Positions 34,544 through 44,674 are shown, counted from the first letter of the stretch. The stretch is DNA of 64,000 nucleotides from Saccharofermentans sp. (GCA_016292135.1 JAEFAZ010000010.1:7560-71559), one strand, 5' to 3'. A program made the numbers and translations. Notes: generated by a model from the sequence alone, not told the origin.

Positions 34544-35555
34544 TTTTCAGAGCCTCCTTCGCTTTTTCCAAAGTTTCGATGACACGGTCGCACCATTGGT
34601 CGAATTCCGGATCTTCGATCTGGTATTCGGGGTGCGCGAGTATATATTCGATGCTGGCTCTTACGCCCTGTTCGAACCTTACTTCGGGAACAAAACCGGG
34701 TACGGCTTTCTTTATCTTCCTGTTATCGAAGACCACAGAACATGCCTTATCGCCGATGAGGCTGCCCTCGTAATCGTAGTCGCTGACAGACGCAAGGAAT
34801 TCACTTGAAACATGAACCGCCTTAAGGGGCTTGCCGAGGATCGAAGCGATCACGGAATATATCTGGTTCCATGTGAGCGTCTCGTCATTAGTGATCTGAA
34901 AAGCCTCTCCTATAGCGTGAGGATTTCCTATCAGGCCGGCATAGGCCTTGGCAAGATCAGAATTGTGCGTCATGGTCCAAAGAGACTCTCCGTCACCATG
35001 AATGATGACGGGCTTGCCGTCCATGATCCTTTTTATGACCTGCCAGGAACCCTTGCTCCCGTGAACCCCTAAAGGTACAGACCGCTGATCATAGGTGTGG
35101 CTGGGTCTTACTATCGTGACCGGGAATCCGTTCTTACGGTAGCAGTCCATAAGATATTCCTCACATGCGATCTTATCCCTGGAATACTGCCAATAGGGAT
35201 TTGCAAGAGATGTACCTTCATTGATGATATAGGATGAACAGGGCTTATGGTAAGCAGAAGCAGAGCTGATATAGATATACTGCTTAGTCTTCCCCGTAAA
35301 TAACCTTACGTCTCTTTCCACCTGGGAAGGAACAAAACCTATGAATTCGCCAACGCAATCGAATGTCATTCCGTCCAGGATGCCGGAAACCTCTTCTTCA
35401 TTGTTAATATCGGCATTGATGACCTTAACGCCTTCCGGGATCTCTTTGGATCTGTTCCCTCTGTTAAGAAGGACCACTTCCTCCCCGCGTCGGGCAAGGA
35501 GGTTAGTGATCGCCATGCTTATCGTGCCGGTTCCGCCAATCAACAGAATCTTCAT
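34536..35555 (-). CDS. Extended SDR / NAD-dependent epimerase-dehydratase family protein
   Basis: GGTGTIS, YISSASAY, YSRDK, RPSHTY. Confidence 0.85.
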   Translation of the reverse strand: MKILLIGGTGTISMAITNLLARRGEEVVLLNRGNRSKEIPEGVKVINADINNEEEVSGILDGMTFDCVGEFIGFVPSQVERDVRLFTGKTKQYIYISSASAYHKPCSSYIINEGTSLANPYWQYSRDKIACEEYLMDCYRKNGFPVTIVRPSHTYDQRSVPLGVHGSKGSWQVIKRIMDGKPVIIHGDGESLWTMTHNSDLAKAYAGLIGNPHAIGEAFQITNDETLTWNQIYSVIASILGKPLKAVHVSSEFLASVSDYDYEGSLIGDKACSVVFDNRKIKKAVPGFVPEVRFEQGVRASIEYILAHPEYQIEDPEFDQWCDRVIETLEKAKEALKNG

Positions 35556-35690
35556 GGAAGTCCCCCTTTATAGTTCTTAAGCTCATAATATTCCCGCGCG
35601 GGACCAGCTGCCAACGATTAATTGCCATGAACCTATCATTTTTTTACATTTGTCATTGATTAATGACAAAGCCGGTCTTAAAATGTATAT

Positions 35691-36554
35691 ATGAAGACGA
35701 TTAAAGATGATCATTATCTGTTTGAGAAGATATCTCCCAACGGGATCCACACATTTTCCAGTCCCGACAGATTCATCGCGCACTGGCACAGATTAGGCGA
35801 GATCCTTTATATCCTGCCGGGAGAAACAGGGCTTACAGCTCCCGCTGAAGTCATCGCTGCCGAGATTACTTACGAACTCCACCCCGGCGACATAATCTTT
35901 ATCCCCGGCGAGCAGATACACGAGATACCGGACGGCTGCAAAGGGAAACTCCACGGTCTTCAGTATGATACGGACATATTGTCTTCTCACGCGGAATTTC
36001 TTCCCTATGTCAGCAGATTCGGGCATATAGCGTTATTAAAGCATTCTGATCAGCCTGAACTTACAGATGAACTTATAGCAAAATTTGAGGATATTCACGC
36101 CCTGAATTCTTCCGGCACAAGATTCAAAGGAGTCAGGTCAGTATCTATCCTCTGCGAAGCCTTTATGCTGATAGCCGATTATATCGACACAAAGTATTCT
36201 ACTGATGACAGTTCATCAGTCAGCCCTTCCGCCATCCTCGCCATCAACAGGGTATGCGAATACGTCAAGGACAACCTCACCAAAGATCCTTCACTTGAAA
36301 ATGCCGCTCTTTATATAGGCTTCTGCTCATCCTATCTGTCAAGGACATTTAAACAGGTCCTCGGCATAAGCTATACCGAATACGTAAACAAGTGCAAGGT
36401 AAGTCTGGCCATATCCCTTATGACATCTGACGAGCACTCCATAACTGAGATCTGTTACCTGGCCGGCTTCAACAGCATATCCACTTTTAACAGGGTCTTT
36501 CTTAACGTGACCGGAATGACTCCCGGCAAATTCAGGAAATATAACGTCCTGTAA
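35691..36554 (+). CDS. AraC-family transcriptional regulator with cupin sensor domain
   Basis: HWH cupin motif; C-terminal double HTH (YLSRTFKQ, GFNSISTFNRVF). Confidence 0.92.
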   Translation: MKTIKDDHYLFEKISPNGIHTFSSPDRFIAHWHRLGEILYILPGETGLTAPAEVIAAEITYELHPGDIIFIPGEQIHEIPDGCKGKLHGLQYDTDILSSHAEFLPYVSRFGHIALLKHSDQPELTDELIAKFEDIHALNSSGTRFKGVRSVSILCEAFMLIADYIDTKYSTDDSSSVSPSAILAINRVCEYVKDNLTKDPSLENAALYIGFCSSYLSRTFKQVLGISYTEYVNKCKVSLAISLMTSDEHSITEICYLAGFNSISTFNRVFLNVTGMTPGKFRKYNVL

Positions 36555-36614
36555 ACTTGAATCAGCTGCTTTTTTAGTGATAAGATATCTTCGTTTTGCA
36601 AGCGGAGGTATCGG

Positions 36615-37370
36615 ATGACAGCTTATGATCCATCGGAACAATTGATCACCTGCTGGTCTCTCTTGAACCTGAGAGATCTGGGCGGTATGCCCCTTAAGGA
36701 CGGAAACGTTTTCGCCCGGGGTATATTCTGGCGTTCATCCTCCCCTTCTGACCTTTCCTCTGAGGAAGTTAGATCCATACGCGAAAACGGGGTCACGACA
36801 GTCATCGATTTCCGCAGTGTTCAGGAACTCGAACGCTGCGGCAACCCTTTCCGTGATGACGGCGTGACCAACTTCCATTCCATTCCTCTTTTTGCGGGGG
36901 ATCCGGCCAACTTCAAGGACAGGTCCATGGAATTCCTCAGGGATAACACGCTCGGCGATTTCTATATAATCATGATCGACAAGCTGGCAGACCAGATAGC
37001 CGAAGTCCTCAGAGTCCTGAAGGATGCTCCCGGAACTGCTATGTTCCACTGCGCTCACGGCAAGGACAGGACCGGCGTCATCACTGCGATCCTCTACCTT
37101 CTCGCAGGCGCAACAAGAGAAAACATTATCTTAAACTACAAAGTATCTTACGATTACATAAGACCCAAGGTCGACCCTCTCATCGCCAAGGCGCCGGATG
37201 TCATGAAGCACGCTCTCCGCTCTGACGCATCCAACATGGAGACCTTCCTCGATCATATAGACAAGGCCTACGGGGGTGACATTACCGTTTATCTGAGATC
37301 TGCCGGCATGACCGATGAAGAGATACTTGCCCTTAAGGCAAAATGCACGGGATCAGGGATCACTTCATAA
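36615..37370 (+). CDS. Tyrosine/dual-specificity protein or lipid phosphatase (PtpB-like)
   Basis: NLRDLGG, IDFRS, HCAHGKDRTG (CX5R). Confidence 0.9.
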   Translation: MTAYDPSEQLITCWSLLNLRDLGGMPLKDGNVFARGIFWRSSSPSDLSSEEVRSIRENGVTTVIDFRSVQELERCGNPFRDDGVTNFHSIPLFAGDPANFKDRSMEFLRDNTLGDFYIIMIDKLADQIAEVLRVLKDAPGTAMFHCAHGKDRTGVITAILYLLAGATRENIILNYKVSYDYIRPKVDPLIAKAPDVMKHALRSDASNMETFLDHIDKAYGGDITVYLRSAGMTDEEILALKAKCTGSGITS

Positions 37371-38607
37371 CTATCCCGATTATATTTCCGAGATCGTCCC
37401 TTTCGAAAGCAACGGTCCTCTGACCGTTCTCGTCCTCATATCCTATTTTGTAATCATAATCATCGATAAAAGGATAGATTACCAGGAGCTCTGAAATGTT
37501 CATTCCGATGGAAGCTCCGTCATCGACTCTGTAATCTCCCTGTCCGAAGATCCTGATCGAATACAGGGTTCCGGTCCAGTTGTCCGTATTGTCGCGTGCG
37601 GCTTCGAAAGCGAGATCCATGCCGTCATAGCACATGACGATCCTCTCCATGCCGGTCTCGTCATTGGGACGACCTACGGTAAACAGAGGCTCACCCAGAA
37701 GGTTCTTAACGTCAGAAGGACCTAAGACATCACCGACAGCAAAAGTCTTAATGTCTCCCTTAAAGAGATAGATCTTCTGGTTGGTGGGATTTACGGGCAT
37801 ATTATCTTCGATCAGGAATACGCCGTTTCTATTGATGATGCTTACTTCCTTGGAGAAGGTCTTGCCCTTGGCATTATCGACCTTGGGGAGCGCGATCTTA
37901 AGAAGGCATGGGCTGACAAAGGATACTTTGATATCGTCATATCCGCTCTTTACGTATTCCGAATAATAATCGATTATGTGTTCAGCTTTCTTGCGGATAA
38001 CGGAATCGATATAGATATCTTCGGAATAAACGGGTTCAAGTATCGATACCAACGCCTTTGAATTCGAGCGATATACCATGTTCATGTAGTGGAACAGATA
38101 GTTATAGGAAGCGATGGTATCCGCCATGGCCTTCCCGTCGAGAGTGGCATTTTCGCCCCTCTTCAAAGGGAAATAGACTTTCTGTTCACTGTCGTCATCG
38201 TAGATTATCTCGACTATATCCTCGTCCGGATATACTTCATCGATATTGATGCCGGAATTTTTCGATATATCCTCGATCATCTTAGCCCTGTCTTTGTCGC
38301 CTAAGATCCTGAATGCGGTTATATCTCCCCTTCCCTTCGACATGTTGCGGAGAATGGTCGTATATTCCGCAAAAGTCGAGTAAGACACCGAATCGAGCTG
38401 GGATACGGGGATCGATGAGAAATAGGATGCGACATTATCCGCTTTCTGTATGGAAACCGTCACGATCCTTGCCAGTTCATGTTCTGATATTGAAGAATCC
38501 AGAGGCTGGCCGTTGTTGAAGATCTTTACAAATGAGCACGAGGACAGCATAAGCGGCATGACCGCCGCCATGATGATGACCGCAAATGACTTACGCATCC
38601 GGATCAA
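37360..38607 (-). CDS. Hypothetical lipoprotein
   Basis: Signal peptide ending in lipobox LSSC; apparently the last gene of the cysS operon. Confidence 0.7.
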   Translation of the reverse strand: MIRMRKSFAVIIMAAVMPLMLSSCSFVKIFNNGQPLDSSISEHELARIVTVSIQKADNVASYFSSIPVSQLDSVSYSTFAEYTTILRNMSKGRGDITAFRILGDKDRAKMIEDISKNSGINIDEVYPDEDIVEIIYDDDSEQKVYFPLKRGENATLDGKAMADTIASYNYLFHYMNMVYRSNSKALVSILEPVYSEDIYIDSVIRKKAEHIIDYYSEYVKSGYDDIKVSFVSPCLLKIALPKVDNAKGKTFSKEVSIINRNGVFLIEDNMPVNPTNQKIYLFKGDIKTFAVGDVLGPSDVKNLLGEPLFTVGRPNDETGMERIVMCYDGMDLAFEAARDNTDNWTGTLYSIRIFGQGDYRVDDGASIGMNISELLVIYPFIDDYDYKIGYEDENGQRTVAFERDDLGNIIGIVMK

Positions 38608-39389
38608 GTCCTCTTGCCCTCCCTTCTCATCCTGGCTGCCTCGAAGATAACGATACCTGCGGCAACGGCTGCGTTAAGGCTGTTAACATGTCCCGTCATG
38701 GGGATGGAGATCATGAAATCACAACTCTTGACGACTCCGTCCCTGATTCCTGAACCCTCGCTGCCTATGACCACAGCGAACGAACCGGCGTAATCTGCTT
38801 TGTCATATGTGGTGTCGCCGTCCATATCACAGCCGGCGATCCAGAAACCGTCTTCCTTGAGATCCCTGATCGTAGTTGCGATATTGGTAACCCTGCATAC
38901 AGGAACATATTCTACGGCGCCGGCCGAAGCCTTGGCGACATTGGAATCGACTGCAACGGATCTTCTCTCGGGAATAACGACGGCGTCAACGCCGGCAGCA
39001 TCAGATATCCTCAGGATGGAACCCAGATTATACGAATCCTTGAGTTCATCGCAGATCACGATGAACGGATCTCTCCCTTCAGCCCTTACTTTCGCGATGA
39101 CCTCATCAAGATCGGAGTATTCATGGGCCGCCGCCTGGGCTATGACACCCTGATGGCGCCTGTCTTCACTCATCTTGTCAAGCGTATTCCTGGGAACCCT
39201 GGTGACAGGCACACCCTGCTCATCTGCGAGCTTCAATATTTTGAGCAGTGCAGGATCAGGCTTTCTGCCGCCCTCCGGAGACAATACCCAGAGCTTATTG
39301 ATCGGGCGTCCTGCAGCAAGCGCTTCAAAAACGGCATTTCTGCCTTCGATACGGTCAAACCCGGCCTGTTCACGATTTCCGTCGTTCAT
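38604..39389 (-). CDS. rlmB: 23S rRNA (Gm2251) 2'-O-methyltransferase, TrmH family
   Basis: EGRNAV, HQGV, NLGSILR, GSEGSG, SLNAAVA. Confidence 0.93.
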   Translation of the reverse strand: MNDGNREQAGFDRIEGRNAVFEALAAGRPINKLWVLSPEGGRKPDPALLKILKLADEQGVPVTRVPRNTLDKMSEDRRHQGVIAQAAAHEYSDLDEVIAKVRAEGRDPFIVICDELKDSYNLGSILRISDAAGVDAVVIPERRSVAVDSNVAKASAGAVEYVPVCRVTNIATTIRDLKEDGFWIAGCDMDGDTTYDKADYAGSFAVVIGSEGSGIRDGVVKSCDFMISIPMTGHVNSLNAAVAAGIVIFEAARMRREGKRT

Positions 39390-39796
39390 TGTTCCACCTT
39401 GTCATCAATGATATCAAAGGATCTATATAACAAATATTCCATCCTCTCAGTCTGATTGTCAAGGAAAAGAAAGCCCATCAAAGCCTCGAATCCCGTGGCA
39501 TTCATGTAATCCGCGATGTCGGAATTCTTGGACACGGAATGAGGGTTGGAATTCCTTCCTCTCCTGAAATAAGACTCCTCTTCTTCAGTAAGCTCATCCA
39601 TCAGCGCGAGCATGGCCTTGGCCTGTGATCTTGCATTGACATACTCCACCGTCAGCTTGTGCATCTTCTGACTGGTCCCGGCATGGTAAGCCGCAACATG
39701 GCATCGGGCATAGAGCTCGAAAACGGAGTCACCGATATATGCCAGAACGGCAGGCTGGACTTCCTTCAGGTTCTCGGCGATAAAGGGTTTTATCAT
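39386..39796 (-). CDS. mrnC: Mini-ribonuclease III
   Basis: LAYIGDSVFEL, RGRN, ATGFEALMG; cysS-mrnC-rlmB order. Confidence 0.92.
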   Translation of the reverse strand: MIKPFIAENLKEVQPAVLAYIGDSVFELYARCHVAAYHAGTSQKMHKLTVEYVNARSQAKAMLALMDELTEEEESYFRRGRNSNPHSVSKNSDIADYMNATGFEALMGFLFLDNQTERMEYLLYRSFDIIDDKVEQ

Positions 39797-41208
39797 AAAG
39801 CTTCCACCTTGGGACCCTCGGGTGTGTCCTTAACGGAATAACCCTTGGACTGGATGAGATCCCTGATCCTGTCTGCTTCGGCATAATTCTTTTCTTTCTT
39901 GGCGAGTGCACGCTCTTCGACCAGCTTTAAGATCTCATCGGGAACGGACTTCTCCTCGGGGAATCTGACACCCAATACATCAAGGAGTTCAGCCAGTGTG
40001 TCTCTTGCGGCCGTAATAGCCTCTACAGATGTCTCATCGGATGCGACAGCCGTGTTGAGCGCCGTGACGAGATTAAAGATGTCGGTAATGGCATCCGCAG
40101 TATTAAGATCGTCATCCATATGTTTGATGAACTCTGCTCTTGCATTTTCTGAAGCGGCCAGGATGAGCTTATCAGCGTCAGATCCTTCCGACTTCGCCTT
40201 ATGGAAAGGTCCTTCCTTAACATCCGATGCAGCCTTGAAGCAGGTCTCGATCCTCTTGAGGCCCGTCTGCGATGCAGTAAGGAGCTCATCGGAAAAATCG
40301 ATGGGCTTGCGGTAATGACCGGAAAGGATGAAGAACCTGATGACCTCATAAGGGAAATGCTTGACTATATCCCTGATAGTAAAGAAGTTGCCCAGGGACT
40401 TGCTCATCTTTTCTCCGTCGATATTAACGAAAGCGTTATGCACCCAGTAATTGGCAAAAGGCTTGCCGTTTGCGCATTCGCTCTGTGCGATCTCATTCTC
40501 GTGATGAGGGAATACAAGGTCGCAGCCGCCTGCATGGATATCGATCGTCTCGCCCAGGTATTTCCTGTTCATGGCAGAACACTCGATATGCCAGCCGGGA
40601 CGTCCCTCACCCCAGGGGGAATCCCAGAAAGGTTCTCCCTCTTTCTTAAACTTCCATACGGCAAAGTCACCGGGATTCTTCTTGCCCTCAAAGGAAGTGA
40701 CTCTCTCTCCGGCACCTGCCTGAAGATCTTCGAGCTTGTAATGGGAAAGCTTGCCGTATGATTCATCCTTGGAAACGTCAAAATATACACCGTCATCGGG
40801 GATCACATATACGAAGCCCTTCTCGTCAAGGGACTTGATAAGATCGATGATCGCATCCATCGTCTCTGTGGCTCTCGGCTGATATGTATGTCTCTTGATA
40901 TTGAGGCCGTCGGCATCGGCATAGTATTCAGCGATAAAACGGTCAGCGAGCTCACTTACGGTGATGCCTTCCTGATTGGCGCGGTTGATCATCTTGTCAT
41001 CTATATCAGTGAAGTTCTGACAGAATTCGACTTCATAACCCCTGTACTCAAGATATCTTGCAAGAGTATCGAATGTAACGAACGGTCTTGCGTTGCCTAC
41101 ATGAAAATAATCGTAGACTGTGGGACCGCAGGCATACATCTTTACATGTCCCTCCTCGATCGGGACAAAATCCTGCTTGGTTCTGGTCAAAGTGTTATAC
41201 AGCTTCAT
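39793..41208 (-). CDS. cysS: Cysteinyl-tRNA synthetase
   Basis: CGPTVY, HVGNAR, GRPGWHIECS, KMSKS; start moved to ATG 41208, which has a GGAGG RBS. Confidence 0.98.
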   Translation of the reverse strand: MKLYNTLTRTKQDFVPIEEGHVKMYACGPTVYDYFHVGNARPFVTFDTLARYLEYRGYEVEFCQNFTDIDDKMINRANQEGITVSELADRFIAEYYADADGLNIKRHTYQPRATETMDAIIDLIKSLDEKGFVYVIPDDGVYFDVSKDESYGKLSHYKLEDLQAGAGERVTSFEGKKNPGDFAVWKFKKEGEPFWDSPWGEGRPGWHIECSAMNRKYLGETIDIHAGGCDLVFPHHENEIAQSECANGKPFANYWVHNAFVNIDGEKMSKSLGNFFTIRDIVKHFPYEVIRFFILSGHYRKPIDFSDELLTASQTGLKRIETCFKAASDVKEGPFHKAKSEGSDADKLILAASENARAEFIKHMDDDLNTADAITDIFNLVTALNTAVASDETSVEAITAARDTLAELLDVLGVRFPEEKSVPDEILKLVEERALAKKEKNYAEADRIRDLIQSKGYSVKDTPEGPKVEAL

Positions 41209-41307
41209 CTGCCGTCCTCCTTCATACCGGCCCTGCCGGTTTATTAACAAGAAATAACCCCGTATGCCCGCAAAAACGGCCAACGGGATCATTCCACAAC
41301 AAAATGA

Positions 41308-41347
41308 TCTTTACGACCAGCGATCCTAAAGATCGCCAAGTCGTAAA
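41308..41347 (-). terminator. Long hairpin downstream of the putative 6S RNA
   Basis: TTTACGACTTGGCGATC-TTTAG-GATCGCTGGTCGTAAA, 17 bp including G-U pairs. Confidence 0.6.
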
Positions 41348-41349
41348 CA

Positions 41350-41508
41350 CTCGAAATGGCCACTCCTCTTGACACCCCGTCTCATCCAGGGCGGTTCCCG
41401 CTCGCCCGTCGTCAATCGTCCACTCGATGGAGGCATGATTTGTTACGCGCTGATTAGGATCCATATTACGTCATGTAGGTTCAACTTGGAGGTAACCACC
41501 TCGAGATA
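41350..41508 (-). ncRNA. ssrS: Probable 6S RNA (compact, about 158 nt)
   Basis: Manual fold gives a rod: terminal stem, UUGAACC/GGUGUCAA helix, central bubble with a 3' hairpin, GGAUCCU/GGGAACC helix and apical stem; has its own sigma-A promoter. Confidence 0.62.
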
Positions 41509-41513
41509 CTCTA

Positions 41514-41541
41514 ATTATAAATTAAACATGCGGATATTCAA
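41514..41541 (-). promoter_or_regulatory. Sigma-A promoter of the ncRNA
   Basis: TTGAAT, 16 bp, TATAAT on the minus strand. Confidence 0.7.
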
Positions 41542-41568
41542 AGAATATTATCCAAATCCCTGAAAATG

Positions 41569-42330
41569 TCACACAGTCTCCCTGTTCTTGACAGTCCTGT
41601 TGCTCGCAAAGGCTACACAAAGAACTTTTGCCGCGCCTGCGTCAAGGAGCGCGCATGCAGCCTCGTGCAGGGTTGCCCCCGTGGTGGCAACATCATCAAC
41701 AACGATCAGCACAAGGCCCGTAAGGTCCCATTCTTCTGATACTTTGAATGCTCCTCTGACATTAAGGAACCTTGATCCAGTATCTTTGCACTCGGTCTGC
41801 TTGCGGGTATTGACGGTCCTCTCCAGCACGCCGGCCGCAAACGGTACTCCGGTTGCATAGGCTACCGGGCGGGCTAATTCCTCTGCCTGGTTGAAACCTC
41901 TTTCACTGAGCCTTTCTTCCGATAGCGGGACAGGCACAACGAGATCTGCGATTATGCCGTTCTCCCTGACGGTCTTTCCAAGTATGATACCGAGCAGTCT
42001 TGCCAATTCTTTCTTTTTGCGGAACTTGACTGCCGGTATCGCCCTCTGACAGAACTCGTCATAAGGAAAAGGTGCGAAGAGTGCAAGTTCGGGATGAGGG
42101 TCCCCGTTAACCGGATCCGACAGGCATAGAGTCCATCCGCTCATACCTTGAAGAGGAACAAGTTGCGAAAAGCACTTTCCGCATATATGCAATTCCGGTT
42201 GCGTACCGTATATGCGGCTGTAAACCGTCTTATAGTTTGCAATGTCACCTTCCGTTACATCGGCAACACTGCCGCATATATCGCACTTATGGGGCAAAAG
42301 CCAGTCAAGCGCATCTTTAGACAGGGACAT
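41569..42330 (-). CDS. comF: ComF-family protein (zinc finger plus PRTase-like domain)
   Basis: CDIC...CGKC, VPVPLS, ERGFNQAE, VDDVATTGATL. Confidence 0.88.
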   Translation of the reverse strand: MSLSKDALDWLLPHKCDICGSVADVTEGDIANYKTVYSRIYGTQPELHICGKCFSQLVPLQGMSGWTLCLSDPVNGDPHPELALFAPFPYDEFCQRAIPAVKFRKKKELARLLGIILGKTVRENGIIADLVVPVPLSEERLSERGFNQAEELARPVAYATGVPFAAGVLERTVNTRKQTECKDTGSRFLNVRGAFKVSEEWDLTGLVLIVVDDVATTGATLHEAACALLDAGAAKVLCVAFASNRTVKNRETV

Positions 42331-42331
42331 A

Positions 42332-44674
42332 TCAGTATTCTCCCGTTGCTATGTTCAGAAGATCCCCGAGAGAGGACGGTCTTACCGCTTCCTTCGAATT
42401 ATTGAGATAGCGGTTAATGCTCCCGGCAACATCTATTATCACGACCTTGTTCTTGCCGCGGGTCACTGCTGTATAGAGAAGCCTTCTCTGCCTCAGGAGA
42501 TTATTCACGTTCCCGAGGACGATGAAGACCGTATCGAATTCACAACCCTGAGCCTTATGGACCGTAACGGCATATGCCAGAGAGAGGTCCGCCATGCTCT
42601 CACCCTCATATTCGACTTCTTTGCCGTCTTCAAAAAGAACTGTCATCTTTTTCTTTCTCTTGACTGAAGAAACAGCCGTAACGATGCCTATCTCTCCGTT
42701 ATAGACTCCAAGTCCCTCTTCCTCTTCTCCTCCGGGACAGGTCCATTTAAGCTTATAGTCGTTACGCATCTGCATGACCCTGTCACCGACGTAGTAAGTG
42801 TTTTCGCCCCTGGTAACAGATTTCGCGTCTTTCCCTTTGCTGATCCTGACCTTTGACAGTCTCATTTTCTGCAGTTCCCCGTTGAGGTTCCCGGTCGACA
42901 GGAGTGACCTGTCATCCTTCGTAGGGGTCAAGACCGCATAGTCATCATCCGTAAGATCCATCTGATCCAGATATCCGAGGAGCACATCCAGGGCGGCCTT
43001 TTCATCAGGAACATCTATCAATCTGAAACTGTCGCTGTCGCAGACAGGCGGCGAAGATTCCAGGATCCTGGCTGCATTTGCGGCGATCGAGCCCTCCGAC
43101 TCGGCGCGGTGCTGATACTCCAGATGGATATGAGGTACCGAAGGACATAAGATCAGGTCAGCCAGCACATTGCCGGGACCGACAGAAGGCAGCTGGTTGG
43201 GATCTCCCACAAGGATGAGAGAAGTGCCGTCTGCGACCGCTTCAAGGAATCTTGCGAACAACGCGCTGTCGACCATGGACATCTCGTCTATGACTATCAC
43301 CCTCGCATCGATCGGGTCGGAAGCATTTTTGCCGAAACTGAAAGTATCGTTAAATACATCCGGCGTGATCTCCAGGAGCCTGTGTATCGTACAGGCTTCG
43401 ACTCCTGCCGAATCTGCAAGCCTCTTGGCCGCCCTGCCCGTGGGAGCCGCAAACGCGACCTTGATATCCCTTTCCTCGAAAAAGCGCCCGAGCACTCCCA
43501 TGATGGTCGTCTTGCCGCTTCCCGGACCTCCGGTAATGACTGAAAGAGGCTGATACATGGCCATATAGACCGCTTCCCTCTGAGACTCGTCCAGAACGAT
43601 CCCCATGCTGTCCGCGATCTTATCCATCTCTTTGTATGCTTCTTTCCTTGACGGGACGGGCGCTTTGGAATTGATAAGATCACAAACGGTATCAGAAGCA
43701 GAGGTTTCGTAATAGTAGAACTGGGACGGCGCCGTCCTTGAATCCTCATCCGTTATGTCGCAGTCCCCGACGGTTCCGCCGGCCGTCCTGTATGTATAGA
43801 GCCGTCCGTTTTCGCAGGCTCTCCTTGCCGCATCGAAGATAAGATTGTCATCGCTGTCAAGGAAGTCTTCGGGAGAAGTGCTCCTCAAGAGGGCTTTCAT
43901 CGCGTATAAATATTCCTGAGCAGTCGCATAAGTCGAACTGTTCCTGTAGCAGATGTCATTTACGGCAGACAGAGCCATCGCTTCCATCCTGTATCCGAAG
44001 TCAGATGCTATCTCAAACTTTTTCGCGAGGCTGTCGCATTCGGCAAAGGAAGCAATACCACCGAAATACATCGAATATGGGTTTTCCCTCAATATGTCAT
44101 CGTCAATGAGACCCGTCTTCTGGCATCTTCTGATCGAAGCCGAAGTAAAGCCGGCCCTGATCAGTTCATAGATCCTTCTGCATCTTTCAGGGTCTTCCTC
44201 AACGAGAGATTGAAGCTCCTTAAGGTCTTCCTTCGAAGCCTTTTCGAATTTGTAGCGGGACTTGAAGTCTTTTTTGCCGTACTCGAGGATCTCATCTATG
44301 ATCCTGTCCTGAAGCAATGTGGCGATCTCCTTGTCGGCAACCCTTGCCGGCCTGTCCTTCATATACTCTATGAACCGCAAAGGGACAGCGGTCTTCTCTT
44401 CTTCCTCATCCGCAGCCTCGGCAGACGACAGTTCGAGAGAAGCTTTCCCCTTGTATTCCTTCACCGTCCCGGACACTATGTATCTCATCCCGTCCGTAAA
44501 CGGGATGCCTAGCCTTGAGACACAGGAAAAGTTGCCCGCGGCAAAAGATATGAATCTTCCGTCCGAAGACACATAGAAAACTTTACGGACTTCGACAACG
44601 GCATCCTCGACTGTCGATCCGATATCGGAAAGATCAAGCGAGGTCAGAATGCCGGTCTTATCGTCCGTAAACAT
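42332..44674 (-). CDS. recD2: RecD2-like SF1B DNA helicase
   Basis: ITGGPGSGKTT, APTGRAAKR, IDEMSM, GDPNQLPSVGPG, YAVTVHKAQG. Confidence 0.88.
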   Translation of the reverse strand: MFTDDKTGILTSLDLSDIGSTVEDAVVEVRKVFYVSSDGRFISFAAGNFSCVSRLGIPFTDGMRYIVSGTVKEYKGKASLELSSAEAADEEEEKTAVPLRFIEYMKDRPARVADKEIATLLQDRIIDEILEYGKKDFKSRYKFEKASKEDLKELQSLVEEDPERCRRIYELIRAGFTSASIRRCQKTGLIDDDILRENPYSMYFGGIASFAECDSLAKKFEIASDFGYRMEAMALSAVNDICYRNSSTYATAQEYLYAMKALLRSTSPEDFLDSDDNLIFDAARRACENGRLYTYRTAGGTVGDCDITDEDSRTAPSQFYYYETSASDTVCDLINSKAPVPSRKEAYKEMDKIADSMGIVLDESQREAVYMAMYQPLSVITGGPGSGKTTIMGVLGRFFEERDIKVAFAAPTGRAAKRLADSAGVEACTIHRLLEITPDVFNDTFSFGKNASDPIDARVIVIDEMSMVDSALFARFLEAVADGTSLILVGDPNQLPSVGPGNVLADLILCPSVPHIHLEYQHRAESEGSIAANAARILESSPPVCDSDSFRLIDVPDEKAALDVLLGYLDQMDLTDDDYAVLTPTKDDRSLLSTGNLNGELQKMRLSKVRISKGKDAKSVTRGENTYYVGDRVMQMRNDYKLKWTCPGGEEEEGLGVYNGEIGIVTAVSSVKRKKKMTVLFEDGKEVEYEGESMADLSLAYAVTVHKAQGCEFDTVFIVLGNVNNLLRQRRLLYTAVTRGKNKVVIIDVAGSINRYLNNSKEAVRPSSLGDLLNIATGEY

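Noticed and set aside
41385-41405. GAGCGGGAACCGCC as a T-box motif for cysS
   Set aside because: Does not match GGTGGNACC, no Stem I or specifier features, and it pairs within the rod-shaped fold
41222-41563. Small ORFs over the ncRNA region (80 aa minus, 64 and 94 aa plus)
   Set aside because: No RBS or homology cues; base-pairing explains the sequence better
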